NCBI GenBank assembly: GCA_002269645.1
Contig: NIVC01000859.1
Location: 62,001 to 126,000 of the forward strand
DNA from: Macrostomum lignano
Taxonomy: Eukaryota
Reading direction: 5' to 3'
DNA: 64,000 bases
How positions within the stretch are numbered: position 1 is the first letter of the stretch; each line of letters starts with the position of its first letter. The notes under the pieces are model-generated. The model did not search any database and had not been told where the DNA came from. It saw nothing but the letters and a program-made list of their open reading frames with translations. Shown here piece by piece: positions 1-9,537 of the stretch. The position numbers and the translations under genes are program-made.

Positions 1-184
1 CAAAGCCGTCAAGGTTAACTAACAACTTATTTTTCCAGAACACCCTATAATCAGCTCTATCGTTAAAACTGGTCTGCGCACCTTTGAGTTGGAATCGCTT
101 ACGAATGGCAGGTAGTTGGGCTAAGTCACGGACCAATGCGTCCGGAACCTCTTCGAGGCTCACCAACTTCTGCCATTTGTACAT
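1..184 (-). CDS. Partial ORF running off the left edge (MYKWQKLVSLEEVPDALVRDLAQLPAIRKRFQLKGAQTSFNDRADYRVFWKNKLLVNLDGF...), possibly the first ORF of an LTR element
   Basis: Hand translation gives 61 stop-free codons from ATG at 184. It lies just downstream of an LTR-like segment. The product is not recognised. Confidence 0.3.
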   Translation of the reverse strand, partial: MYKWQKLVSLEEVPDALVRDLAQLPAIRKRFQLKGAQTSFNDRADYRVFWKNKLLVNLDGF

Positions 185-1310
185 AGGAACGAGCGTAAGT
201 AAATAAGACAAGACAAGTCAGTTAACGTTTATTAATGTGAATAACGGTCACAGGCCGATCCTAAATTATCATTTAAAGCTCAACTGGTGTCGCAGTAACA
301 AGCCCTAAGCCTTATTAGGTGTCAATTTAATGTTGCCCAAACAGCGTAGGTTGTAAGCCACGAGACCGAATCCAGACGGTGTTGAAGGTCTAGCGTGCTG
401 TCGACACAGTAGCCTGCGGCAGTCTTAATGAGCAATGGCAGCTGCAACGAATGTTTGCTTGTAGGTTATCCCTAGGAAAAACGTCTAGCGAATCTGCCTA
501 AGCTAGTTCGTCTAGGAAAAGTGTCTGGGAATACTAGCTCTTGCTCGAAGTCAAGCAGGCGGTCTCCGAAGGATCGGACGATGGTCTCTTTTGGGCCCTC
601 ACCTACTCCGTATTTATACTAAAATCGGGGGCTCAGGGCCAATAGGAGGCTCAGAGGCAGTTTCGTGGCAGATCCTGTGGCAGTTCCGTGGACTACCTGG
701 AGCCAGGAACGATCTCGGAGATCTCCATAAGACATCTTCCTCATCACGAGGCCTCCGCATGGCCTACTGGTACACTGCTTGCATGTTGCAGCATGCAAGG
801 AGTGTACCCCCAAAATCCCACAGGAGCCTACCCCGGTCGGAGAGCTATGCTCTCGTTCCCGCTGACTAACAAAGACTCTACTAAAAGGAATGTCCCACTG
901 ACTAATGTTCTATTTTAGCCCATTGCAGCCTGCGCCAGGGGGAGAGGGGGAGAGAGTCTCTCTCCCTGTCCCGCGACAGCTGCACACCCGAGCCTGCACA
1001 AGGGATGGGGAGGAAGGGAAGGGCGCGCTGAAAGCGCACAGACCCTATACCCAGCTCCCAGAGCTACAGCTCAAACACTAACTAACTATGACTAAGCGGG
1101 TATCCAAGGAGCAGCCTATGCTAACTATGCTGGATCACCACACTATATTGAACGTTTCTGCTGTAAACATTTACGGGAACTGAATATTTAGTTCAGTGCT
1201 GCACTAAAGCTATTCCCAGAATTTCATGCCTTGTTTTGCTCAAGATAACCCCACCCCACTCCAACGGACTCCTTTATCACCGCCAACCACCCCAAGACCC
1301 ACAACACCCC
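178..1310 (-). mobile_element. LTR-like sequence of an older element, interrupted by the Bel/Pao insertion and continuing at 8289 to about 8820
   Basis: On the minus strand: TATA-like AGTATAAATA (~611-620), AATAAA (~228-233) and a ...TATGTACA end at 178 followed by TGGCAGAAG. The flanks join across the Bel/Pao TSD (cccaagaccc repeat on both sides). Boundaries are uncertain. Confidence 0.35.
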
Positions 1311-1595
1311 TGTTAAATCGACTAACTCTTCGAAACCGAAAAATAACTAAGTAGGCAAAAATCGGATGCTTGTAGGCTTCAATACCTCTGCGTTCTCGCG
1401 CAGGCAAATAAAACAACCAAGTTAGCAAAAAAACACGCTGACCAAAAATCACGCCCTTTTTAATTATTATTTAACGTGGGGTGGGGTTAGCAAATCGAGG
1501 GGGGTTGGCTCATGTACATTAAATAAAGAGCAAATACATGTACAATTAAATAAGTAAAACCCCAAAAATATGACAAAAAATGAACCTCCAGAACA
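1311..1595 (-). repeat. Bel/Pao 3' LTR
   Basis: Matches 8003-8288 except for one small indel/substitution near caggcaaa(t/ac)aaaac. Confidence 0.97.
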
Positions 1596-1608
1596 TTCCC
1601 CCCTTCCT
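1596..1608 (-). promoter_or_regulatory. Polypurine tract of Bel/Pao element
   Basis: GGAAGGGGGGGAA on the minus strand, immediately before the 3' LTR. Confidence 0.9.
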
Positions 1609-2198
1609 GATTGGGGCCAATCAGCAAAAAAGCAGAAAAAAAATTGCCTCCTTGAAACTTACGTGCAATTAATTGAAACGGTTGCAAGCATAATTCGAAA
1701 AAACAGTAAACTCCTGTAAACAAAAAAATAAATCGCGCGAAATCAGAAATTAACATTAAGAACGCATGCAATGTGAAGTGTCAATTGGGATCAAAAGATA
1801 GTGTGCCAAATATAAACCTTTGCAATCGCTGGCCAACACAAAAAATCTCTGCTAAGAAACGAACACAAACGAACTCAAAGATGCTCAAACGATAATTAGT
1901 GAAATAACACGGGATGAAAAATGTCTTGAAAACTTAAATAATCCCTACTGTAAACATATGAAAAAATCAAAGCACAAAAACTGCCAAAAGAACTCGCATT
2001 CAAGCAATCAACAGGTCTTTTTACTCAGAATAAAAAAACACAAAATACGCAAAAATAAGCAACCCGTCACCACATCAGCTATTAGGTGCAAAAAACGCAA
2101 ATAATGACATGAAATTATAGATTATACTAACCATCATGAACTAGACGTAAAAAAAAACTACGTCTGAAAAGTCTTGTTTAGCAATAAGTCAACAGTCA

Positions 2199-3476
2199 CT
2201 ATTCACCTCGCTGCAGCACACACAACTTCGTCACGGGTCGCAGCACTGTTCCACCGCCAGTTCGCACCTTGGCCACGCGCACATGGCCGTCTCGTCCAGG
2301 AAATACCTCGAGAACTCGCCCGAGCGGCCAGTGTCCTCGAGGCGCATCCGCTCGTAGTGCCAAGACGATGTCGCCGACGGCGAGATCTGGCTGCTCCTTG
2401 ACCCGCTTGGATCTGGCGTTGAGTCTTGGCACCCACTCACGCAGCCATCGGTGCCAGAAGTGCCGCACCAACTCTTGGACACGTCGCCACCGCCGGCGCG
2501 GGTCGCGGCTGACCTCGGTCGAGACTTCCGTAGCAAAGTCACCACCCAGCTGTCCATGCAAGAAATGGTTTGGCGTCAACGGCGTGTCGTCCTTTGGGCT
2601 TGTGGTTTGGTATGTCAACGGCCTGGAATTGATGAGCGCTTCCGCACCTGTGAAGGCGGAATGCAGCTCTTCGTCGGTGATGTCAGCGTTGCTAAGGATG
2701 GCGCGCACAGCTCGCTTAGCGGCGCGAACCATAACTTTGTGGGCGCCGCCGAAATGGGGCGCCGACGGAGGCTGGAAGTGCCACTTGATGCCGCGCTCAG
2801 CTGCCGCTCTCTGGATTTTGTTCTGCTGCTCGTTTTCGAATTCTCGTAGTTCTCGCTCGCCTTTAACAAAATTGCCGCCGTTATCGGAGTAAACTTCGAG
2901 TGGCCGGCCTCTACGGTTGATCATGCGCGCGAAAGCATTCAGAAACGAGTCAGAATCCAAGCTGTACGCCATTTCCAGGTGCACAGCTCTCGTCTCCAAA
3001 CAGGTGAACAGGGCCAAATACCTCTTCGTTCGCCGTCTTCCGCGCCCTTGTACCGTTTCAAACGGACCACCGAAGTCGACTGCCACAAAGCTGAACGCTC
3101 GGAGCGAATTCTTCAGCCTGGCCTCTGGCAGCGGCGCCATCTGCTGCACCTCCGGTCCTGCTTTCTGCCTTCTGCATCGCGCGCACTCCTTCTCCCATTC
3201 TCGAATGGCTTCGCGCCCACCGATCACCCAAAACTTCGTCGACATCGCTGCCAGCGTCTGGTTTGTTCCGCCATGTCCTTGATCTTCGTGATAGTGCTTC
3301 ACCAACAACTTCGTGACCCAACTTCGCCTCGGCAGAATGACCGGATGCTTGGACTGATATGACAGATTCTGGTCGAACTTCAGTCTTCCGTCCACTCGCA
3401 GCAGTCCGTCTTCATCAAGAAATGGTTGGAGACAGCGAAGCTGACTGCTGGAGAAGACTGGCCTTCCCTTACGCAC
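2199..3476 (-). CDS. Bel/Pao integrase region (HHCC zinc finger, DDE core, C-terminal DUF5641-like); frameshifted from upstream pol
   Basis: HYHEDQGH...CARC; AVDFGGP, SDNGGNF, SRPLT, LTPNHFL, WPLGRVLEVFPGRDGHVR motifs typical of Bel/Pao. Confidence 0.93.
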   Translation of the reverse strand: MRKGRPVFSSSQLRCLQPFLDEDGLLRVDGRLKFDQNLSYQSKHPVILPRRSWVTKLLVKHYHEDQGHGGTNQTLAAMSTKFWVIGGREAIREWEKECARCRRQKAGPEVQQMAPLPEARLKNSLRAFSFVAVDFGGPFETVQGRGRRRTKRYLALFTCLETRAVHLEMAYSLDSDSFLNAFARMINRRGRPLEVYSDNGGNFVKGERELREFENEQQNKIQRAAAERGIKWHFQPPSAPHFGGAHKVMVRAAKRAVRAILSNADITDEELHSAFTGAEALINSRPLTYQTTSPKDDTPLTPNHFLHGQLGGDFATEVSTEVSRDPRRRWRRVQELVRHFWHRWLREWVPRLNARSKRVKEQPDLAVGDIVLALRADAPRGHWPLGRVLEVFPGRDGHVRVAKVRTGGGTVLRPVTKLCVLQRGE

Positions 3477-6400
3477 CTGCTGAACTTCTGCTTTGAAAGC
3501 TTCTTCTGAGCCACACGTAGGATTCGATCCTCAGTTTCTTGCAGCTCCTCGACCTCGAGATCACCAAGTCGCCTCTCATCTCGCGGAAGTCGGCAATTAC
3601 TGATGAAGCGCTGAACCCATGCTGTCACGCTACGCAGCCTGCGGTAGCTCGAAAATCGCTCTGGATTCAAACGCCAATCGTTGTCTGTGGTGTCGTTCGA
3701 CAACAGAGTTACGGCCGCCGATTTACTACTCTTGCTCGCCTCTCGCCGAACTTCTTGATCTCTGTCAACCGATGTCGGAACTAGCCTTGCCGGCCAGCCA
3801 TCCTCATCTAGCAGCAGAAACTCTGGTCCCGCGCTCCAGACCGCTGATTGGCAAAGGTCTTTGGCGCTACAGCCTCGCGATACGGCATCAGCGGGGTTCA
3901 GATCGGTCGGCACGTGACGCCACTGACAAGTCTTCACCGCCTCCTGAATGAACGCAACACGATTTGCTACGAACGGCTTGAAAATTCTACTGCGACCTCG
4001 AAGCCACCAGAGCACATTTGCACTGTCACTCCAGAACACCGACTCTCTCAGGTCTAAATCGAGCGCATCTGCCACCGTCTGGGCGAGTCGCACGCCAAGC
4101 ACCGCCGCCATGAGCTCGAGTCTGGGGATGCTGCATGCTGCCAATGGAGCTACACGTGCTTTTGCGGCTACAAGACGAACACAGATTTCGTCCAGGCTTG
4201 TGGCGCTCCTGAGATAGATTACCGCGCCGTAAGCCACCTGAGATGCATCCACAAAGACGTGTAGCACTGCCTTTTTGGTAGGATCAGGCCATAGACATCG
4301 TGGAATTTTCAGCATGCTCAACTCTTCAATCTCCGCTGCCCATTGCGTAGCCTTCGCGGCAACTTGCTGATCCAAGGGCTCATCCCAATCCGCTCCATTC
4401 TGCCAAATCTCTTGCAGAAGAATTCGCCCGCGAATTGTAAATGGACTCAGAAACCCGCATGGGTCGAACACCATCGCAACGCGCTTGAGCAGCTGTCGTT
4501 TCGACTCAACGGACACTTCCTTCGCACCTGCATTTCCCGTGATCGCGAGCATATCATCATTGGCTGTCCAAGTCACTCCCAACGCCTTCGACGTCGCCAT
4601 TTCTCCACGAAGCACGTGCTGCGCTTTCACCGCTCGATCCTCCGGAGCTACTGTCTCCAACACCTCAGACGCGTTCGACATCCATTTTCTCGCACACATG
4701 CCGGCTTTTTCCCACAGAGCTGTCAGTTCGCGGCGCAACTGGATAGCTTCATGGACGCTGTTCACTGAGTCCAAACTGTCGTCCATGTAGGTCGACTTCA
4801 GAATGGTTTCTGACGCTCTTGGAAAATGACTCCTAGCATGCTCCTGCGACACGAACTGAGCAAGAAACGGCGAACAATTAACTCCAAAAACGACACTCTG
4901 AAACTCGAATACCTCAGGTTTGCCCGTTTCGTTCCTGTCTCGCCACAAAAATCGAAAGTAGCGCCGATCTTCTGGCTTGAGGCGAATTCTGAGGTACATC
5001 TCTTCAATGTCGCAAACGATTGCCACTGGACCGCGACGGAATCGAAGGAGCACTTGAAATAGGTCGTTCTGAAGCTTCGGTCCTGGAAGGATGACGTCAT
5101 TGAGACTCACTCCTTGGCAGCGCGCGGAAGCGTCAAACACGATACGGACCTTGGTGGTGTCCTTGTCTTCTCTGATTACCGGCAAATGCGGCAGGTACCA
5201 TTCGGTGTTTTGAAGCTCACTGCTGTCTTCGACCTTCTTGAGATAACCTTTTTCCAACTGACCTTCCAACACCTCCTGATACGCTTTTGGCAATCCTTCA
5301 CTCCTCTGCAGTCGCTTCTCCGTGCTGATCAGTCTGCGTTCCGCAGCTTCACGATTGCTCGGCAGAGCACGATTTTGAGACTTCCATGGAATGGCTACCT
5401 GATATCTTCCTTCCACCATCGACATCGACGCCTTGACTACCGCCACAGCACGCTGCTCATCCGCAGTTAACGTCCCTCTTTCGCGGTTCAGCTCAGCTAC
5501 ATCAGGAACTTCCTCGATCGCCCACAACCTTCGAACCTGACTGTCGACCTGATCTTGACACTCGTGGCAGAGGAACGATTCCCCGCTCTTGCTGCTTCCC
5601 TCATTCGAACCTAACTGCCCGATGCAGGTCCATCCAATAGGAGTCAGTCGAGCTATTGGTTCCCCTGGCATTCCACAGACTTCTTTGCAAGCCAGATGCA
5701 TCTCGGCATTGTCGACACCGATAAGCATGTCAACCGTTTTCCGGCTTGATGTTGACTCAAACGGAATGCCTCTCAGATGCGCCCAGTGCTCCGCCAGTTG
5801 ACTCCAATCAACTGCCTTCATTCCGCCGGTTACTTTCTCCGCTGTGAAAGCAACAATTTTTGTCTCAAACGCTGCATCGACACTCCGGACTGTCACTTCT
5901 ACAGGCGCTGTTTCAAACGACTCGACTCCTCCGTTGAGCACCTTAACGTTTATGCGCTGAAGTTTACCTTCGAGTCCCAGCTCTGCTGCTACGTCCGCAT
6001 TGAGGTACGTGCGCGTACTCGCATCATCAAGCAACGCGTTGATCCGAACTTGGCGCTCACCAGCCACCAATATCACCGGCACCGTCCTCAACGCAGTTTC
6101 TTTTACGACTTCAGCCAGCATAGTGCGCTCCTTCTTCGTCGCCGCTGCTACGTCCTCCGTGGATTTTCGTGCCTCTCCTTCGCCGCTTCTCGTCGCTGCA
6201 GCTGCTGGTTTCGGCTCCCGCTTCTGGTGAAGCATTCGATGGTGTTTTCCCTGGCAACCATCTACGCCACAGGTTCTAGACCACCGACAAGCTAAACCAG
6301 AGTGATTGACGCCGAGACAATGAAAGCACAGCTTCTTCTCACGAGCAACGGCCCATCGCTTCACTACATCCATCTCCGCAAACTTCGGGCACTCCCAGGC

Positions 6401-7300
6401 GCCATGGCTTCCTTCACAGACACGGCAGTTTTTCTTGCGCTGCTCATCGGCTCTCGTTGACTCCGCGACAGCGCCAAAATGCGTTCGAGCTGTTTCCGTG
6501 CGCTGCATCCCGCTGAATTTCTTACTTTGCTCCATCTTCCCTGCTCCTGGCCCATTCTGTGCCGCAACTCCATGCACTGCCTCCATAGCAACCGTCTGAT
6601 ACTCAGCCTCCCGCAGCAGCCATTGATGAAGAGCGCTGAGCGTGTCATTTCTGCCATTCTCCCCGACCCATCGGTGGTATCGTGCCAGGGTGTCAGTCGG
6701 CAATTTCTTTTGCACGCGAAGATGAAGCAATCCATTGCTGTCTAGTTCAGCTTCACGACCCGCCTCCATCAGATTGATAACCGCTACATCCACCAGATCA
6801 GCCAGCTTCTTCAACTGAGGCGCGCTCTCCGTCACAATGGGCCGAAAACGGTCTAGATCCTCCAACACTAGCACCAGCCGGCGCCGCTCTCCTCCATATT
6901 CTCTCTCCAACCTATCCAGAGCCGCCTTGTACGCAAATTCAGAATGCCCTAGGTTGGCTATTAGCTTTAGCGCATCGCCCTGCAGACACTGCCTCAGTTG
7001 CAATAGCTTGTACACTCGAGAGGAGGGTGCAGCATCTACACACGCGTAAAAGGCCGCCTTCCACCCCTCGTATTGACGCTTATCACCTGAGAAACTGGGA
7101 ATCGCCACCCGCTGCAATTGCCGCCACATGTCCTGACTGACCTGCCTCTCCGCTTCTTCTCTCACCCTCTGTGTACACTCTTGCTGAACGATTGGCTCTC
7201 TAAGTTGCCACTGTACACTGGCTGACTGTGAGGTGGCTGGCCTGGGTGCAGGGTTTTGTTTTATCGATCGCTCGCCTGACCCCCTTCGTGGGCAGTCCAA
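3380..7300 (-). CDS. Bel/Pao Gag-Pol: DUF1759-like gag, CCHC knuckles, aspartic protease, reverse transcriptase, RNase H
   Basis: IPSFSGD; CRVCEGSHGAWEC and CFHCLGVNHSGLAC; ALLDDAS; WYLPHLPV, RIVFDAS, YMDD; HVFVDASQVAYGA, IPRLELMAA. Confidence 0.95.
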   Translation of the reverse strand: MDCPRRGSGERSIKQNPAPRPATSQSASVQWQLREPIVQQECTQRVREEAERQVSQDMWRQLQRVAIPSFSGDKRQYEGWKAAFYACVDAAPSSRVYKLLQLRQCLQGDALKLIANLGHSEFAYKAALDRLEREYGGERRRLVLVLEDLDRFRPIVTESAPQLKKLADLVDVAVINLMEAGREAELDSNGLLHLRVQKKLPTDTLARYHRWVGENGRNDTLSALHQWLLREAEYQTVAMEAVHGVAAQNGPGAGKMEQSKKFSGMQRTETARTHFGAVAESTRADEQRKKNCRVCEGSHGAWECPKFAEMDVVKRWAVAREKKLCFHCLGVNHSGLACRWSRTCGVDGCQGKHHRMLHQKREPKPAAAATRSGEGEARKSTEDVAAATKKERTMLAEVVKETALRTVPVILVAGERQVRINALLDDASTRTYLNADVAAELGLEGKLQRINVKVLNGGVESFETAPVEVTVRSVDAAFETKIVAFTAEKVTGGMKAVDWSQLAEHWAHLRGIPFESTSSRKTVDMLIGVDNAEMHLACKEVCGMPGEPIARLTPIGWTCIGQLGSNEGSSKSGESFLCHECQDQVDSQVRRLWAIEEVPDVAELNRERGTLTADEQRAVAVVKASMSMVEGRYQVAIPWKSQNRALPSNREAAERRLISTEKRLQRSEGLPKAYQEVLEGQLEKGYLKKVEDSSELQNTEWYLPHLPVIREDKDTTKVRIVFDASARCQGVSLNDVILPGPKLQNDLFQVLLRFRRGPVAIVCDIEEMYLRIRLKPEDRRYFRFLWRDRNETGKPEVFEFQSVVFGVNCSPFLAQFVSQEHARSHFPRASETILKSTYMDDSLDSVNSVHEAIQLRRELTALWEKAGMCARKWMSNASEVLETVAPEDRAVKAQHVLRGEMATSKALGVTWTANDDMLAITGNAGAKEVSVESKRQLLKRVAMVFDPCGFLSPFTIRGRILLQEIWQNGADWDEPLDQQVAAKATQWAAEIEELSMLKIPRCLWPDPTKKAVLHVFVDASQVAYGAVIYLRSATSLDEICVRLVAAKARVAPLAACSIPRLELMAAVLGVRLAQTVADALDLDLRESVFWSDSANVLWWLRGRSRIFKPFVANRVAFIQEAVKTCQWRHVPTDLNPADAVSRGCSAKDLCQSAVWSAGPEFLLLDEDGWPARLVPTSVDRDQEVRREASKSSKSAAVTLLSNDTTDNDWRLNPERFSSYRRLRSVTAWVQRFISNCRLPRDERRLGDLEVEELQETEDRILRVAQKKLSKQKFSRCVREGQSSPAVSFAVSNHFLMKTDCCEWTED

Positions 7301-7977
7301 TCAGCTTTTTCACTCCTGTCTGGCGCAGCGCTTACACCCACCTCAGCCCCAATCGACTGTTCAGCCAAACCTGAACCTGGGCTAGCCCTTTCACACGGGC
7401 TCTCTGCCTTAGTGCTGCCAGTAACAATTTTCAATCGCCTCAGCTCCTCTGCCAACTGCTCATGCCGTTGTTGATAGTCTTTCTCTAGCTCTCTCTGCAC
7501 CTCTTCCAACTCCAGCGCTCTGTGCTCTGCGGCTTGCACTTTTCGCTGCTCTTCCTCACGCCTCTGCTGTTCTTCAGACTCCGCCAAGCGATCCTGTTCC
7601 TCCCTCTCAGCTGCTTCACTTCTGCTACGATCTTTCCAGAACTCGGTCATCAGACCCACAGTCTCACCGTAGTCCTTTTCAGCATTCTCTAGCTCCTTGA
7701 TCGTTTGGCGACGCAGTGGCAGGTCGTTTCCGGCGAGCTCCAGCAGCTTCTCCAGCTCTGTTGTCACAGCCTCGAACAGCTTCTCCATGAGAGTCGCTTG
7801 CTGTTGTACTTCGGCGCCGTCTTGACCACCAGCAGCGAGTTGTTGCACCAGCCGGTTTCTTCCTTTGGTGAATGCGGCCTTGGCCCTCGTCTTGGCGGCC
7901 TTCGCGTCCATCAGCTTGCGTTCTTCCTCGTCAGCCGGCGGGTAGTTCGACTCGAATTCTTCTCCGTCCTTTTGCAT
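7261..7977 (-). CDS. Bel/Pao Gag N-terminal coiled-coil segment (frameshifted from rest of gag-pol)
   Basis: ATG lies just after the PBS. The ORF is E/Q/K-rich and helical and overlaps the next ORF, which suggests a single indel. Confidence 0.8.
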   Translation of the reverse strand: MQKDGEEFESNYPPADEEERKLMDAKAAKTRAKAAFTKGRNRLVQQLAAGGQDGAEVQQQATLMEKLFEAVTTELEKLLELAGNDLPLRRQTIKELENAEKDYGETVGLMTEFWKDRSRSEAAEREEQDRLAESEEQQRREEEQRKVQAAEHRALELEEVQRELEKDYQQRHEQLAEELRRLKIVTGSTKAESPCERASPGSGLAEQSIGAEVGVSAAPDRSEKADWTAHEGGQASDR

Positions 7978-7982
7978 TTTTG

Positions 7983-8000
7983 AACCACGCTCTGCTACCA
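7983..8000 (-). promoter_or_regulatory. Primer binding site, initiator tRNA-Met type
   Basis: TGGTAGCAGAGCGTGGTT, 2 nt after the 5' LTR. It resembles the complement of the animal tRNAiMet 3' end (AACCATCCTCTGCTACCA). Confidence 0.85.
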
Positions 8001-8002
8001 GT

Positions 8003-8288
8003 TGTTAAATCGACTAACTCTTCGAAACCGAAAAATAACTAAGTAGGCAAAAATCGGATGCTTGTAGGCTTCAATACCTCTGCGTTCTCGCGCAGGCAAA
8101 ACAAAACAACCAAGTTAGCAAAAAAACACGCTGACCAAAAATCACGCCCTTTTTAATTATTATTTAACGTGGGGTGGGGTTAGCAAATCGAGGGGGGTTG
8201 GCTCATGTACATTAAATAAAGAGCAAATACATGTACAATTAAATAAGTAAAACCCCAAAAATATGACAAAAAATGAACCTCCAGAACA
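8003..8288 (-). repeat. Bel/Pao 5' LTR
   Basis: Direct repeat of 1311-1595. Confidence 0.97.
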
Positions 8289-8479
8289 ACCCCCAAGACC
8301 CAGACACACACAAAAATTCGATGCGATCGCTTTTTACTCCTGTTATCTTTTAATTACTTATTACTTTTTACTTTTATTGTTTTGCCTTCCAACTCACACT
8401 ATCTTACAATCCTACCCACTCCGCCCTGTGCGCCCCCTCCCATCTCCATACTGCTTACTTTCTAGCCAAACCCCAACCC

Positions 8480-8945
8480 ACACCCCAACTCCTTGCGCCG
8501 ACCTCACCTCCACCCCGCCCATCGCCACTCTGCCCTCCTATCTCCGCACTGTTCGGCAGGGCTCTGCTAACTTTTCAGCCGACCCGCCCCAACTCATTGC
8601 GACGGCCTCACCTCCACCCCGCCACTCTGCCCACCCACCCCAACTCCTTGCACCACCTCACCTCCGCCCATCGCCACTCTGACCTCCTATCTCCGCACTG
8701 TTCGGCAGGGTTCTGCTAACCCATACTACTTGCACCACCTCACCTCCGCCCATCGCTACTCTGACCTCCTATCTCCGCACTGTTCGACAGGGTTCTGCTA
8801 ACCCATAATACTTTTGTGTACAACTCTGAGCCTACGGCTTCTGGTGTCTGTACAGCTTTGCCTCCCTTTGAACCTACACGGCTTCTGTTATTTGTACAGC
8901 TTTGAGCCTACACGGCTTCTGGTGTCTGTGCAGCTTTATCTCTGA
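8480..8945. repeat. Imperfect C-rich tandem repeats (3 copies of ...cctatctccgcactgttcggcagggttctgctaac...) followed by 3 copies of cctacacggcttctg...tacagcttt
   Basis: Direct repeats read in the sequence. Confidence 0.8.
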
Positions 8946-9323
8946 CTCGAATAACACTAACGAAGATCAGCTTTCTCAGCCAAAAGTCAAGTTTGCAAAA
9001 CTGGTCACAGACCAAGAGCAGAAACGTTAACAAAGTTTTAGCAAAAACCAAGTTGTATATTTTTCTGTTAAATTCAGGCCCTTTATAAAGCAAAAAGGAG
9101 GGGGTAATTGTTACGTTTAAACAAATTATTTGTAAAATATTTACAAAGCTAATTTAAATAAAAATTCTGCGCATTGAAACAAGAAATTCTGTGATTGGTA
9201 GAGAATTATTTCGCCAATCATATTACAAGAAGTAGTATAGTATGCCCCTATTACATAATATAAGATATTGTGTACTTCTAGTGCTTCTAGTGTAACTTTT
9301 GGCAATTGAATTCTTTCAAACTG

Positions 9324-9516
9324 TATTGGGTGCGGCCATAGACGACTAAGTCGCACACACACCCAGCCATGAGCTAAAGAAACGATGCTTCAAGCTTGGA
9401 AATAAAAAAATAGAAGTTACGATACATGAAATAAGGCGCTCTGTTCAGGGTGCAAACATTTCGGTGACCTTGTTGATCTTGACTCACTGTCTTCCGCTAG
9501 AGAAGAAGTCATAACA
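9324..9516 (+). repeat. Gypsy 5' LTR (terminal TG mutated to TA)
   Basis: About 12 differences from the 3' LTR by manual alignment. Confidence 0.93.
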
Positions 9517-9517
9517 G

Positions 9518-9535
9518 TGGCGTCGCAAGCAGGAT
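9518..9535 (+). promoter_or_regulatory. Primer binding site (TGGCGTCGCAAGCAGGAT, tRNA-Ser-like)
   Basis: Starts with TGG 1 nt after the LTR and overlaps a probable former gag ATG at 9534. The tRNA identity is from memory. Confidence 0.75.
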
Positions 9536-9537
9536 GG

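Larger units (their letters stand above)
1311..8288 (-). mobile_element. Full-length Bel/Pao LTR retrotransposon
   Basis: Near-identical 285/286-bp LTRs with TGTT...AACA termini. 5-bp TSD ACCCC at 1306-1310 and 8289-8293. PBS and PPT present. Domain order is Gag zinc knuckles-PR-RT-RH-IN. Confidence 0.97.

Noticed and set aside
1596-2198. Possible env/chuvirus glycoprotein in the Bel/Pao 3' region (as in insect Pao elements)
   Set aside because: Only ~600 bp, AT-rich, with no ORF or glycoprotein-like remnant.
9085-9320. PPT-like AAAAAGGAGGGGG followed by TGTTAC, suggesting another LTR start
   Set aside because: No partner LTR, terminus or coding region found to support it.
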